A stretch of 64,000 nt of DNA. Origin: Nemertoderma westbladi (Eukaryota; Animalia; Xenacoelomorpha). Shown here one piece after another: positions 23,414 through 33,814 of this stretch. Location: the NCBI GenBank assembly GCA_032718475.1, contig JAUCBJ010001928.1, forward strand, positions 1 through 64,000, in the 5' to 3' direction. How positions within the stretch are numbered: position 1 is the stretch's first letter; each line of letters begins with the position of its first letter. Both the position numbers and the translations under genes were made by a program. The notes under the pieces are model-generated. The model was given only the letters and a program-made list of their open reading frames with translations, did no database searches and was not told the origin of the DNA.

Positions 23414-26400
23414 AAGCCTGGATGGTCATCCAGTACTCTACCGGTTTCTGGTTGAGGTCTCCTTCAGGCCACCACAGAAATCTCAGGCTATCTCTATCTC
23501 TATCCAGCGCCTTGACTTGTAAGAACATTCCTTCTATATCAGAGGCGAACGCGATGGAATATTGTCTTAATCTTAATAGTATTCCCAACAAAGATTGGAG
23601 TAAGTTGGGTCCTGGTAACAACTCGGAATTGAGGGATTGACCCATATATAGAGCAGAGCCATCAAATACGACTCGTACTTCATGGGGTTTACTGGGTTTG
23701 GGAACGTAATGATGTGTTAAATAATACGTTCTCTCAGTCACTGGTGTTCCTTCCGGTACTCGCTCCGCGTATCCCTTTGTTATAAATTTCTTCAGCTGAA
23801 TTTGGTACATTTCTTTCGCTGAAGCATTAGCTGTAAGGCGTCGATATAATTGAGCGATTCTTTTCTCTGCCAAGGGTCTGTTATTTATAAATCTAGGTTC
23901 TCGTTTTCGAAATGGTAGGCCGATTTCATACCTACCTTGGTCCTTTAAAAAACGTGTAGTTGTTTCCTGGATTTGCTTGGCTCTTTCTTCTTCTATCGAT
24001 AGAGCCTTATCATATGAATTGGGCTCTACCAGTTCCTGAGTAAAGAATCGTACAGCTAGTTCGTCCCGAGTTCTAGCGTTGTAGCGCTCTATCTCATCGT
24101 TTAGTTCGTCATTGTAAGCGATGGGTTCCGATGGGTGAATCAGTTGACATAGGTTCACCTGACTTTTCCAAGTTTGGTTTTCTGTAAGTAGGTCGGTTGT
24201 GTTCTCTTCATCGAAGAGTTGGTAGATGTCGTCATTATCTGAGGAGTATGGTGTTCCCTCAGTTAGTTCGTCCACCTCACTGCTCTCCACTTCCCAATCG
24301 TGTACTTGGTATGTTTGTTCTTGTGGCATTCTCTCTTCGAGAGTCCTGCGGGAAGGGCCAGTAATGTACCAACCTACTCTAGTTCTTACCGCATAGGTTT
24401 GCAGTGGCTGCGGTTGAGCAGGCCGTTTCTCTAATGTTTCGAGCGCCTCATGCGCGTTCTGGCCGATGAGTATTTGCACTCCAGGATAATCTGTCTGGAA
24501 TCGAGGTATCTTAAGATGTTGGATGCTCTCATCCTCGTCCCAATTATAAAGGTCTGCTTGAGTAGTAGCGAAGTTCTTTATAGCCACCATTTTTACCGAC
24601 CTTATACCTTGTGCTCCTAACTTATCCTGGGGGGTGGACAACACACCTACATAGTAATCTGCCGTTAAGGTAGATTTCCAAACCTGCATAATTCCTGACA
24701 TATTCAATTTAGTCCGGAATTTGGGTTGTCCAGCAAAGATATCTTCGGCTAATTCTTGATCGATGAATGTTCCTGTGCTGCCGGAGTCAAGGAGGGCGTT
24801 CACTATGTAACTTTTGTTAAGACCGTGAACTCTTACCTGCACTACAGGAAATTCTCTGATTCCTACGTTGGAAGTTGGAGCTTTCCAAGATGGTTGTTTG
24901 GCAAAAGTAGTTGGGGGAAACTCATTGTTGGTGTCCTTTTCATAAGTAAGTGCTCGATACACTGCGGTATTGATTAGATAACAGGATTCGTTGGCGTCGG
25001 AGAATTCGTCAGTATAGAATCCTTCCATCTCAGACTCCTGATCAGTGTCATTTACATCACTGAATTGGACATGTAGTTCGGGCTCACTTACCTGACTCTG
25101 TTTGTCTCGTTCGAACTCACTGTGTAACATGATGTGATGTTTCGCGCCACACTTTGCACACTTTATATCGGAGTAACAGGTTCGCCGTTGGTGTCCTGGT
25201 CTGAGGCAATTATAGCATAACCGCTTGTCCCACACAACTGCACGTCTGTCTACAAGGGATTTCTTTAGAAATTCAGCACACGCACTCAAACGGTGGGTCC
25301 CGTCACACAGCGCACAGTTAGGTTTTATGTTACTCACTTTACCTTGGGTAACTTGATGCACTCTCGTTTTTTCTTCGGGTTTTCTTCGGTGCATTCTGTT
25401 AGGAGACTGAGGGGGGGTCTTGGCAACCTGTTCTCTCCTATCGTTGTTTCGAGCCTTATATTTACTTACCTCTTTTGGGGTTTTGTCAACGTAGTAAGAT
25501 CGGTCAGTGTCTTTCCCGCTGTCTTCTTCTTGAGAAACTTGGCTTTCGCCGTCGTCAGTGTAACACACCGGTGTTATTCTTCTCCTAGAAGCGGGTTTCT
25601 CACTTACCTTATTTTCCGATGTTTTCTCTCTGGACTGCTTGATGAGTTGTAGTTTTACCTCACCATCCAAGAAGGACATGAGATCAGCCATGGTAGGACT
25701 TCGTCGTTGTTGTTCATTCATGTACAACACTTTCTTGTCCCAGCGTGTACATACTCCACCCTTTGGTAAAGTAGAGACTACGGCTCCAATAACCATTGAA
25801 CTCTGATATTCATGAGACTTACCTAACCAGTCCAATTGTCTACAGATCTCTTGAATCTCATCGGAAAACTCTATAATCCCGCTACTAAGGAAGTGTCGGG
25901 GGGCTACTAATTTTGCATACAAATACTTAGCTATGTTATCCTTGTTACCATACCTGATGTTTAATGTATCCCATACTTGTCTTAATCCTTCTGGATGTCC
26001 AATAAACTTTAACGCCATTAACTTGGGAGGTCCTTCCAAGCACTTGATGAGGAACCTAAGTTTCTCTCCGTTAGATAGTACAGAGTTCTGTATGCTGTCT
26101 TTGTAATATTCGTTGAAAGGTAACCATTTCATCTCATCTCCATTGAATTTGACGATCTCTCCCACTTTGACCGCTTGGCGGGCTGCTGTTCCAGCCATCT
26201 GCCGCGTAAAGCTTTCTTGGGCCATCGTGTTATTTAATATCGAATTATCGGTATATAAATTTCTCGGATCAGTATCAGGTCTATAGGGAATATCATTAAT
26301 AACAGGTCTATAATCACCCTTAATAGGGTTTGCTATAGGAGTTTCTACTTCACTAGCAGTATAGATGCGTGTAGTCTCCACACCTTGCACATGTAATACT

Positions 26401-28472
26401 TCAGACCTAACAGGTTGACACAATGTTACAGGGGGTATTGGTATTCCCTTTTGGATATTCACTAATTTGTCGCGTTCTAGCGCGATACTTTGCTGCACTT
26501 CTTGCAATTCGGCCCTACTTTCCCTTACTGTTCCCTTAAGCTGGTGGACAGTCTCCTGCATCTGTCCGAGCAGGAGATTCATCCCCCGCCGTCCCTCCTC
26601 TACCCACTCGACCGCCGAAGCGGGAGTCGCCAACATAGTAGCGGGCTGACGCGGGACGACGGGAGACAAATCTTTGATTTCTCTCTCAGCTTCCAGGACA
26701 GGGATATTCTCATGGACTGTTCTACCGGGTACAGGCAGTGTAGTACTGTGTAAAGGGAATTTAGAGTGAAGCTCTGGAAGTACAGGGGTCTCTAACACAG
26801 AAGTGACTTTGGGAACGACAGGCCTAATTATTTCAGGCTCATCAACTATTGTAGGGAGTCTTTTGACCTGAACAGTTTGGTCTATGGGTTCCGTACTACC
26901 TAAGTCTGTGCTAGCTAGCTGTCTTTTAACAGCTGGGGGCAAATCAGGCAATTTGTGACGGTGAGATGTTTTTCTACGCCTGCTTAGACGAGATCTATTT
27001 CCTCCGCCTTCAGGATCGGTGGTTTCGCTTTCCTCCGATGATGTGTATCCCTGGCGTTTGGGAGTAGATCGTCTCATCATCTGCATTTGCCTAGCAGTTA
27101 ACTGTTTATTTATGTTGTCTTGCGTCTCTTGCAGATTTTCCAACTCCAGTTGGGTAGTCTGCTCAGACGCTCTCCGTTCTGCTTCTGCCACTGCCCTTTC
27201 CGCCTTTGCTTCTGCCGCCGCTGCCTTTCTTTCTGCTTCTACTTCTACCGCCACTGCTTTTCTTTCTGCTTCTGCTTCTGCCGTAGCCGCCGCCTTTTGT
27301 TCCTCTATCCGTCTTTTCTTTACCTTTTCTTCTTGGACTCTAGCGAGGCGGAGTTTTTCATCAAATTCTGCTTGGTTAGCAGCTAACATTTCAGCATCGA
27401 TTGAATCTAACACACGCTGGGTTCCTTCACTATTGGGGGAAAGTCCAGACAGCCGTCTCCTCAATTCTTCGTCTCCTAGGAATCGCTGATAGTCGGACAG
27501 ATAAATGTCTATGGCGTCTCTCGTTCGTGGTTTCTCTGAGGTCTCTTCGCCTTCCACTTGAGAAAGGGTGGCATCGGTTGGTTCTTCATAAGTTAGTCTC
27601 TCAGACAGCTGGGATTTCCACTGGTCTGTTTCTTGTACTTGGAGACCTACCCGCTGGAACCAAGTTTTGACAGCAACCTGCAGTGACGTGTCCTGTCTTC
27701 TTTTGGAAGTTTCCTCAAAAGCTGATAGGATTAGTCGAATGCGTAGGGTTCTTTCGCGTACTTGATATAGCAGTTCTTCCTGCTCTTGAGGTCCTTGGGG
27801 TTGTCGAAACAGTTGTTCTTCTAATTTCTCTAAGGAGCCGAAGAATCCCTGCACATATCCTGCTGCCGACCTCTTCCAAACAGCTGGATCCATCGTATCT
27901 TTAGCCACTCCCATCCTGTGTATATCTTCCCAAGTAGCCTCGGACAGATCTAACGGGAGTCCGGGTCCGGGAAAGTTCCATTGTGACTCGACAATAGACA
28001 TCAATTCTTCCCTGGCGTATCCCGCATAATTATCCTGGGTCACTCGCTTATTTCTCGCCCAATCTGCTTGATGTTCCTCCACCGCAATCAATATAGTTGT
28101 TAGCTCTGCGGCAGGAAGGGTGAGAAGGGGGTCCGAGTAGGCTTTAGCCGTCATCTGCAATCCGCGTTCGGGGGTCAGTTCGACAGTATCCGAACTACTG
28201 GAGCTATCTGATCGCTGGGAACAAGTTTCTTGACTAGGCTGTTGCTGCTGTGGGACAGCTGCTTCCTGGTTCCGTTTGACTTGGGCCCGAGTGCCGATGA
28301 TAGACCTACGGTGTTGGATTAGCTTAGGGTCTGATACTACTACTGGAGGGATGACCTTTCTTTCAGTAGGAGGTGAGCTGAACTCCTTTCTTAATCGCTC
28401 CACACTCCTATCTGTGTCACAGATGGTTGTATCGATTAGACTGTCTGACATGTTTTGCTGAGTGTCAGACAT
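23352..28472 (-). CDS. gag-pol: Gag-protease-RT N-terminal polyprotein (1706 aa), frameshifted within RT
   Basis: KFNGDEMKW capsid-like region; CALCDGTHRLSAC, CYNCLRPGHQRRTC, CAKCGAKHHIMLH; LLDSGS protease; RVVFDGS and SDIEGMFLQV RT motifs. Confidence 0.93.
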   Translation of the reverse strand: MSDTQQNMSDSLIDTTICDTDRSVERLRKEFSSPPTERKVIPPVVVSDPKLIQHRRSIIGTRAQVKRNQEAAVPQQQQPSQETCSQRSDSSSSSDTVELTPERGLQMTAKAYSDPLLTLPAAELTTILIAVEEHQADWARNKRVTQDNYAGYAREELMSIVESQWNFPGPGLPLDLSEATWEDIHRMGVAKDTMDPAVWKRSAAGYVQGFFGSLEKLEEQLFRQPQGPQEQEELLYQVRERTLRIRLILSAFEETSKRRQDTSLQVAVKTWFQRVGLQVQETDQWKSQLSERLTYEEPTDATLSQVEGEETSEKPRTRDAIDIYLSDYQRFLGDEELRRRLSGLSPNSEGTQRVLDSIDAEMLAANQAEFDEKLRLARVQEEKVKKRRIEEQKAAATAEAEAERKAVAVEVEAERKAAAAEAKAERAVAEAERRASEQTTQLELENLQETQDNINKQLTARQMQMMRRSTPKRQGYTSSEESETTDPEGGGNRSRLSRRRKTSHRHKLPDLPPAVKRQLASTDLGSTEPIDQTVQVKRLPTIVDEPEIIRPVVPKVTSVLETPVLPELHSKFPLHSTTLPVPGRTVHENIPVLEAEREIKDLSPVVPRQPATMLATPASAVEWVEEGRRGMNLLLGQMQETVHQLKGTVRESRAELQEVQQSIALERDKLVNIQKGIPIPPVTLCQPVRSEVLHVQGVETTRIYTASEVETPIANPIKGDYRPVINDIPYRPDTDPRNLYTDNSILNNTMAQESFTRQMAGTAARQAVKVGEIVKFNGDEMKWLPFNEYYKDSIQNSVLSNGEKLRFLIKCLEGPPKLMALKFIGHPEGLRQVWDTLNIRYGNKDNIAKYLYAKLVAPRHFLSSGIIEFSDEIQEICRQLDWLGKSHEYQSSMVIGAVVSTLPKGGVCTRWDKKVLYMNEQQRRSPTMADLMSFLDGEVKLQLIKQSREKTSENKVSEKPASRRRITPVCYTDDGESQVSQEEDSGKDTDRSYYVDKTPKEVSKYKARNNDRREQVAKTPPQSPNRMHRRKPEEKTRVHQVTQGKVSNIKPNCALCDGTHRLSACAEFLKKSLVDRRAVVWDKRLCYNCLRPGHQRRTCYSDIKCAKCGAKHHIMLHSEFERDKQSQVSEPELHVQFSDVNDTDQESEMEGFYTDEFSDANESCYLINTAVYRALTYEKDTNNEFPPTTFAKQPSWKAPTSNVGIREFPVVQVRVHGLNKSYIVNALLDSGSTGTFIDQELAEDIFAGQPKFRTKLNMSGIMQVWKSTLTADYYVGVLSTPQDKLGAQGIRSVKMVAIKNFATTQADLYNWDEDESIQHLKIPRFQTDYPGVQILIGQNAHEALETLEKRPAQPQPLQTYAVRTRVGWYITGPSRRTLEERMPQEQTYQVHDWEVESSEVDELTEGTPYSSDNDDIYQLFDEENTTDLLTENQTWKSQVNLCQLIHPSEPIAYNDELNDEIERYNARTRDELAVRFFTQELVEPNSYDKALSIEEERAKQIQETTTRFLKDQGRYEIGLPFRKREPRFINNRPLAEKRIAQLYRRLTANASAKEMYQIQLKKFITKGYAERVPEGTPVTERTYYLTHHYVPKPSKPHEVRVVFDGSALYMGQSLNSELLPGPNLLQSLLGILLRLRQYSIAFASDIEGMFLQVKALDRDRDSLRFLWWPEGDLNQKPVEYWMTIQAFGIISFGIFQRLLRGANHCE

Positions 28473-28549
28473 GTTTAGCTATACAGTTGAATGCTTACTG
28501 CTATAGTTACAGTTAAAGCAAGTCTAGTAATTCAGTATGACCGTTGGCC

Positions 28550-28830
28550 TAGTACCGGTAATTTATTACAGTATTAGAATACCGGTATGCGCTTATAATA
28601 TATATATAAGTATTGTAAACTAGGTTTGTCACAGAGTACCGGTATATAATTTTAGCACAAATATATATAAATATATAATAGGCCTATCGTGAATACCGGT
28701 ATACAGCTTACACTTATAGTATATATAAGTATAATTATGAACTAGAATTAATTACAGAGTACCGGTATGATTTCAGCTCAAATTTATAGAAATAAATATA
28801 ATAAGCCTATGGTAAATACCGGTATGTCAA
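28550..28830. repeat. Degenerate ~120-bp tandem repeat with TACCGGTA palindromes in the BEL 5' leader
   Basis: ACAGAGTACCGGTAT...AATACCGGTAT blocks repeated. Confidence 0.6.
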
Positions 28831-29799
28831 TTATTTTATAATAATTGAATTTCTGAATATTTTAGGGTTACTTGGTTACTTTAACTTACTTTGTTACCGT
28901 TATTTAAGCAGTAGTCCAACTGATTTTGAGACCTAGTTGTTGTATGGCAGGCCTACTATTTATAAATCGTTTGTGTTGATTTATAATAGATATATACCCG
29001 TTTAAAAGGGTTTTTTCAATATTTGAAATAAATGTTATTATTTCTGGGGGGTCACTACACAGAAGCTGTGCGCTCTCAGTGAAGTGCTATTTATGGGACA
29101 CTAAAACAGATAATTCTAATTTACCTAAGTTACTTAATACTACAAATTACTTACGATACGGGTGAGATTAATTCTCTAATTAAACACAACAAAATATTAC
29201 GTACGAATTTTTTAGGGTAATTTTACAGGAAGTCTACAAACCAGTCTAACAAAGGGTTAGAATTCTGGTTATTATAACGGACAGGGTATTACGGTATTTG
29301 AAAATAATAAGTAGTAGTAAATATATTGCACTGTCCAGATAGGAAAATACCACCGCCTGACGACCTATAGCCGTAGCGCTATAGGTACTACGTTATGTAT
29401 CACGGAGTGTTCCTACCTAGAAGTTAATTACCGCGGACTACCAGATCCAGCGTGCCTATTAACCACTTTACAACACAAATATACTGCCTACACACTAATT
29501 ACCTCGGAAAGCACTGTACACTAAACCCTAAATTAGGTACAAGTACTGGTACAACAAATAATCAGTAGTTAAATATACTTGAACAGTTAAAAGAACCACG
29601 GCATCTGCTGGAGTGACCAGAGCACAAAGTCACCAGTCTTGTCCTACGCCAAGCAGCCCGTGTAGTACCGGGGTTAATTTAACTATAACGGTATGTATAA
29701 CAAACACAATTACTGTAGGAATAAACTTGGGGACATGAATGTTGCGAATAATCGCATAAACTCTGAATAATAAATATTACGCTACCCGTACAGAATACT

Positions 29800-30625
29800 C
29801 AAACAAAATACAGACCAAATGCTGGCAGACTACCACCAAGCCTAAATAAACTACTGTATGTGCAGATTCCAAAACGGTTAGTTAGTATGCGTTCTAACAC
29901 GGTAGTACGACTTATTCTTTAAGAGGGGATTGACCTTACAGCTATGGCTGCCCCAACTTACTAACTGGCACTTTATCAGACAAACTCTACACAAGCAGCA
30001 ATCTCTTCAGACCTAATAATAGCTAGACAACAATCCAGCCTACAAAATATCTGAGTAATAACTATTACGGTACCTGAACACACACAAACAAACACAAGCC
30101 AAAACGCTGGCAGAATACTGTCAAGCCTAAATAAACTACAGTATGTGCAGATTCCAAAATTGTTAGTTAGTATGCGTTCTAACACGGTAGTACGACTTAT
30201 TCTTTAAGAGGGGATTGACCTTACAGCTATGGCTGCCCCAACTTACTAACTGGCACTTTATCAGACAAACTCTACACAAGCAGCAATCTCTTCAGACCTA
30301 ATAATAGCTAGACAACAATCCAGCCTACAAAATATCTGAGTAATAACTATTACGGTACCTGAACACACACAAACAAACACAAGCCAAAACGCTGGCAGAA
30401 TACTGTCAAGCCTAAATAAACTACAGTATGTGCAGATTCCAAAATTGTTAGTTAGTATGCGTTCTAACACGGTAGTACGACTTATTCTTTAAGAGGGGAT
30501 TGACCTTACAGCTATGGCTGCCCCAACTTACTAACTGGCACTCTATCGGACAAACTCTACACACGCCGTAATCTCTCCAAACCCAACAACAATCCGACAA
30601 CAGTCCGGCCTACAATTATCTGAAC
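29800..30625. repeat. 285-bp tandem repeat (~2.9 copies) in the BEL 5' leader
   Basis: Identical 69-aa ORF calls at 29976 and 30261 (offset 285); flanking partial copies are diverged. Confidence 0.92.
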
Positions 30626-30794
30626 AATCTGAGCAGACTTACACGTCTTCAGCTCAATATTAACTTACTAGGAAATAAAACTGACAGAAATAGACCTAAG
30701 TAAAATCCCAATAAAAACCAGGCGTCCCCGATTTAATATCGAGACCTACCGGTATACAATAATCAAATCGAATAATACTAATGTACTTATACTG

Positions 30795-30943
30795 GAAGTA
30801 CCGGTTAGGACAGTTGGGCCTACGGACCTACAGAAGTACCGGTTCTGGCAGTTGGACCTACGGACCTACAGCAGTACCGGTTCTGGCAGTTGGGCCTACT
30901 GACCTACAGAAGTACCGGTTCAGGTTTACCGGTTGACCGGTAC
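30795..30943. repeat. ~37-bp tandem repeat (AGTACCGGTTCTGGCAGTTGGGCCTACGGACCTACAG, 3-4 copies)
   Basis: Direct reading. Confidence 0.85.
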
Positions 30944-30975
30944 TTTCAACTTTATTGCTTACTGCAATAAAGTCA

Positions 30976-30986
30976 ATGACTGTTAT
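30976..30986 (-). promoter_or_regulatory. Non-tRNA primer-binding site ATAACAGTCAT (candidate self-priming site)
   Basis: Abuts the 5' LTR; no TGG; complementary to LTR 11-mer (10/11 at 31735-31745; 11/11 in sister LTR 1954-1964). Confidence 0.65.
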
Positions 30987-32246
30987 TGTACGCGCTTTTG
31001 AAGACCTTTAGCAGTTTAACCTGCCAAAATTTATATGTCTTTTGGTTTATAAATGTACTTTAGAAGATGACAAATATTTAATACCAATAAACACAACATT
31101 AGCAGAAGCCAGCCTAGTGCGCGTCCATTCACCCGCTGGATATTCCCGGGAGACTGGATTCTGAGGGCTTAGATTATTATTGCAGTGAAGCTTACTGTAT
31201 TGTATTATTCGATTGATCGTTAATAATTAATTTCTGACTAATATTATTTACTTTCGGGAAATATTAACAGTTCCTTTAGGACGTGGCGCTCTATCTAAGT
31301 AAACAGAGATATGACTTATACTAATCACAACGGTAAGTCGGTAAGGCTTAAGATTCACGTATGAGGCGCATTCTTTAGGAAATGCTTAGTTATCAATCAC
31401 AATCATGCACACTACCGGTAACACACAATACTGCTCACTAATTTGCCGACCGTCAATGAATTTTATCATATATAAAGAAAACAGCAACGGACCAATGTAG
31501 TGCTTATCAAATAGCATTAAATTCACTACAAACCACAACAATATAAGTCGCAATCGCTATATATAACCCGTCTCTCTAACCTGTAGTGTATCAAGAAAAT
31601 TGGGAAATTTGGGTTCTTTATATATGTTCTCCAAATAATATTCAACCAAAACACAACAGTAAATAGCAGTATAATAATGTATGTTGAACCGATAATGTAA
31701 GACTGAAGTGAGATAAGATATGTGAATTGTTAAGATAACAGTTATACGCTCTATAATTTAAGCCTACTAATGTTTCTTCTAAAAGTATGAAACGAATTGA
31801 CTCTAGAGCCGTTGTTCCTGGCCTAGACAGCAATAACAACAAAGTATCAAGAAAAAACAGTAAGACTGAACACTCTCCTTATGATCGACCGAAAAGCTAC
31901 ACGTCGACAGGAAAAATCGCTCTGATTGGCTCAAGCCAAACAAAGAACCATGCGTCCAATGGCTGTTTCCATGTCAGCAACCAGCTGTTAGATGTCGTAA
32001 TATGAATCATCACGGCTAAGCTATGAAAGGTATTTGTCGCATTGCAGGTTTTTTGCCTTACCATGTCCGCTAAAACACGTATATAGCAGAATGACTTTTA
32101 TGTCCGTTAAAACACCTGTAAAGGTACCTTGCGGGCGAGGGGAATATATATACAGTTAGAGGACCCCTTTTAGAGTATTCCAGCGCCTGGGGGGAAACTG
32201 GATTGCGAAGCAAAAGGGCCAGTTATATCCCACAGAAGCTTTTACA
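30987..32246 (-). repeat. 5' LTR
   Basis: Direct repeat of 13233-14492; contains two CCAAT-type boxes (~31923-31962) upstream of the putative transcript start. Confidence 0.97.
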
Positions 32247-32251
32247 GATGG

Positions 32252-33150
32252 GGTGATGATAACTCCACCTACTGGCTCCAGAAGTCGAGGAAATCCTGCC
32301 AAGTACCTAACTGATCTAGACTTTGCTGATGACTTAGGAGTACTCTCAGAATCACTAGAGGGAGCCCAACGGCTCCTCAGCTCATTAGAACATGCTGCTT
32401 CTAGTGTTGGTCTTTTTATTAACTCCAGAAAGACCAAAATTTTGACAGTTAACTTTGAAAGTCCTCAGCAAGTCTCTGATCGGATGAGCATAAGCTCAAA
32501 AGATGGTATGCTTGAGCACGTGGATGACTTCTGTTACCTGGGATCATGGATCCGGAAGTCAGGTGAGGACCTTCGAATACGTAAGGGAAAGGCATGGGCA
32601 GCCTTGAATAGGCTTTCCAGGATTTGGAAGTCACCGAGAATTAATCGGAAACTTAAGGTCCAGTTATTTAGAGCAGCAGTAGTTCCAGTACTCCTCTATG
32701 GGAGTCCATGCTGGGCTCTAACTGCTGTGGACACCAAATCTCTGGATGGCACATTCACAAGAATGCTACGCCGGGTTCATTGTGTCAAGTTCAATGCACA
32801 CATCTCCAACCAGACACTATATAACATTGGAGGTGTCTCATTGGTTCCCCCAAGCTTGACACTAGAACAAAATCGCCTCCGCTTTTCAGGACATTGCTTT
32901 CGCCGTGAGGACCAGCCAGTGCATAATCTTGTACTTTGGCAGCCTCATGGAGTGAATAAGCATGGTGGACAGCCCATGACTTTCTTGAGACGCATCTTAA
33001 AGGACATTGGCCTTGAAGATGCGGATGATCTAGCAAATGTCATGGGTGATAGGGAGTTGTGGCGGTGCAATTTTGTCGATAAGCCGGCACAGCATTCTTA
33101 AAAATGCAGCTGCAATGCAGCATGCCGATCCTAGTAGTAGTAGTAGTAGT
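32252..33150 (+). mobile_element. RTE-like LINE, right half with (TAG)n tail
   Basis: DLDFADDL, FCYLGS, PVLLYG, RLRFSGHC; stop at 33101; TAGTAGTAG... tail 33132-33150. Confidence 0.92.
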
Positions 33151-33814
33151 CCTGCACGTGTCCACGTGTTAGTGTAGCAGTAGCTGATGCGCCAAATCCC
33201 AGCGAAACACATGAAAATGTAACCAATGTGATAATTTTACTTACAGTATTTAAATAGGGTTGCACTTCATGTCCCTGCTTAAATAAAATTATGACTACTT
33301 ACGGTTGAACAGATATGAACATGTTGTTTCTCTGTTTCCAATTAATTTTACTTGCTTGATATTGGTCTGCCAAAAATATATTTCGTTCAACCCAAGATTA
33401 TATAGTTAATATTCTGTATGACATTGGTAGATAGTGGATTTATCTAAGTTGATCTGTGGTATGTCAATATGAATATGTTATTAGTGCAGTTGTTAAATAA
33501 CAAATGTTAGCAACTAAGAAAACACTTATTTGTTTGTAAAGTAACATGCTATTCCTGGACTGGAAAGTATGTGCATTAAACAACCACAAACATAAAGAGC
33601 ATTCATTATATTACAGTACAACAAGCAAAGGTCAAATAGTTAGGCATTCCCCTAGATTTACAGGAAATCTCAACATTATCTAAAGTTTAACAATTAATAA
33701 GTTTTTCTTTTATGTTTATTTAGTTTAAAGGAAACACAAGCTTTATAGCATTAAATCCATAGAAAATAATAAGCAATTCTTGTCAAGTAGTAGAGTTTAC
33801 ATTTATGTTCCAAC

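Larger units (their letters stand above)
13233..32246 (-). mobile_element. Full-length giant BEL/Pao LTR retrotransposon (19,014 bp) with accessory exonuclease gene
   Basis: Two 1,260-bp LTRs; GATGG TSD (13228-13232, 32247-32251); gag-PR-RT-RH-IN order; triple Cys/His gag motifs typical of BEL/Pao. Confidence 0.97.

Noticed and set aside
23352-23416. Programmed gag-pol frameshift
   Set aside because: The shift lies in the middle of RT at a small duplication; BEL/Pao elements normally have a single ORF, so this is a lesion
29976-30470. Two identical 69-aa ORFs
   Set aside because: Consequence of the 285-bp tandem repeat; no recognisable motif
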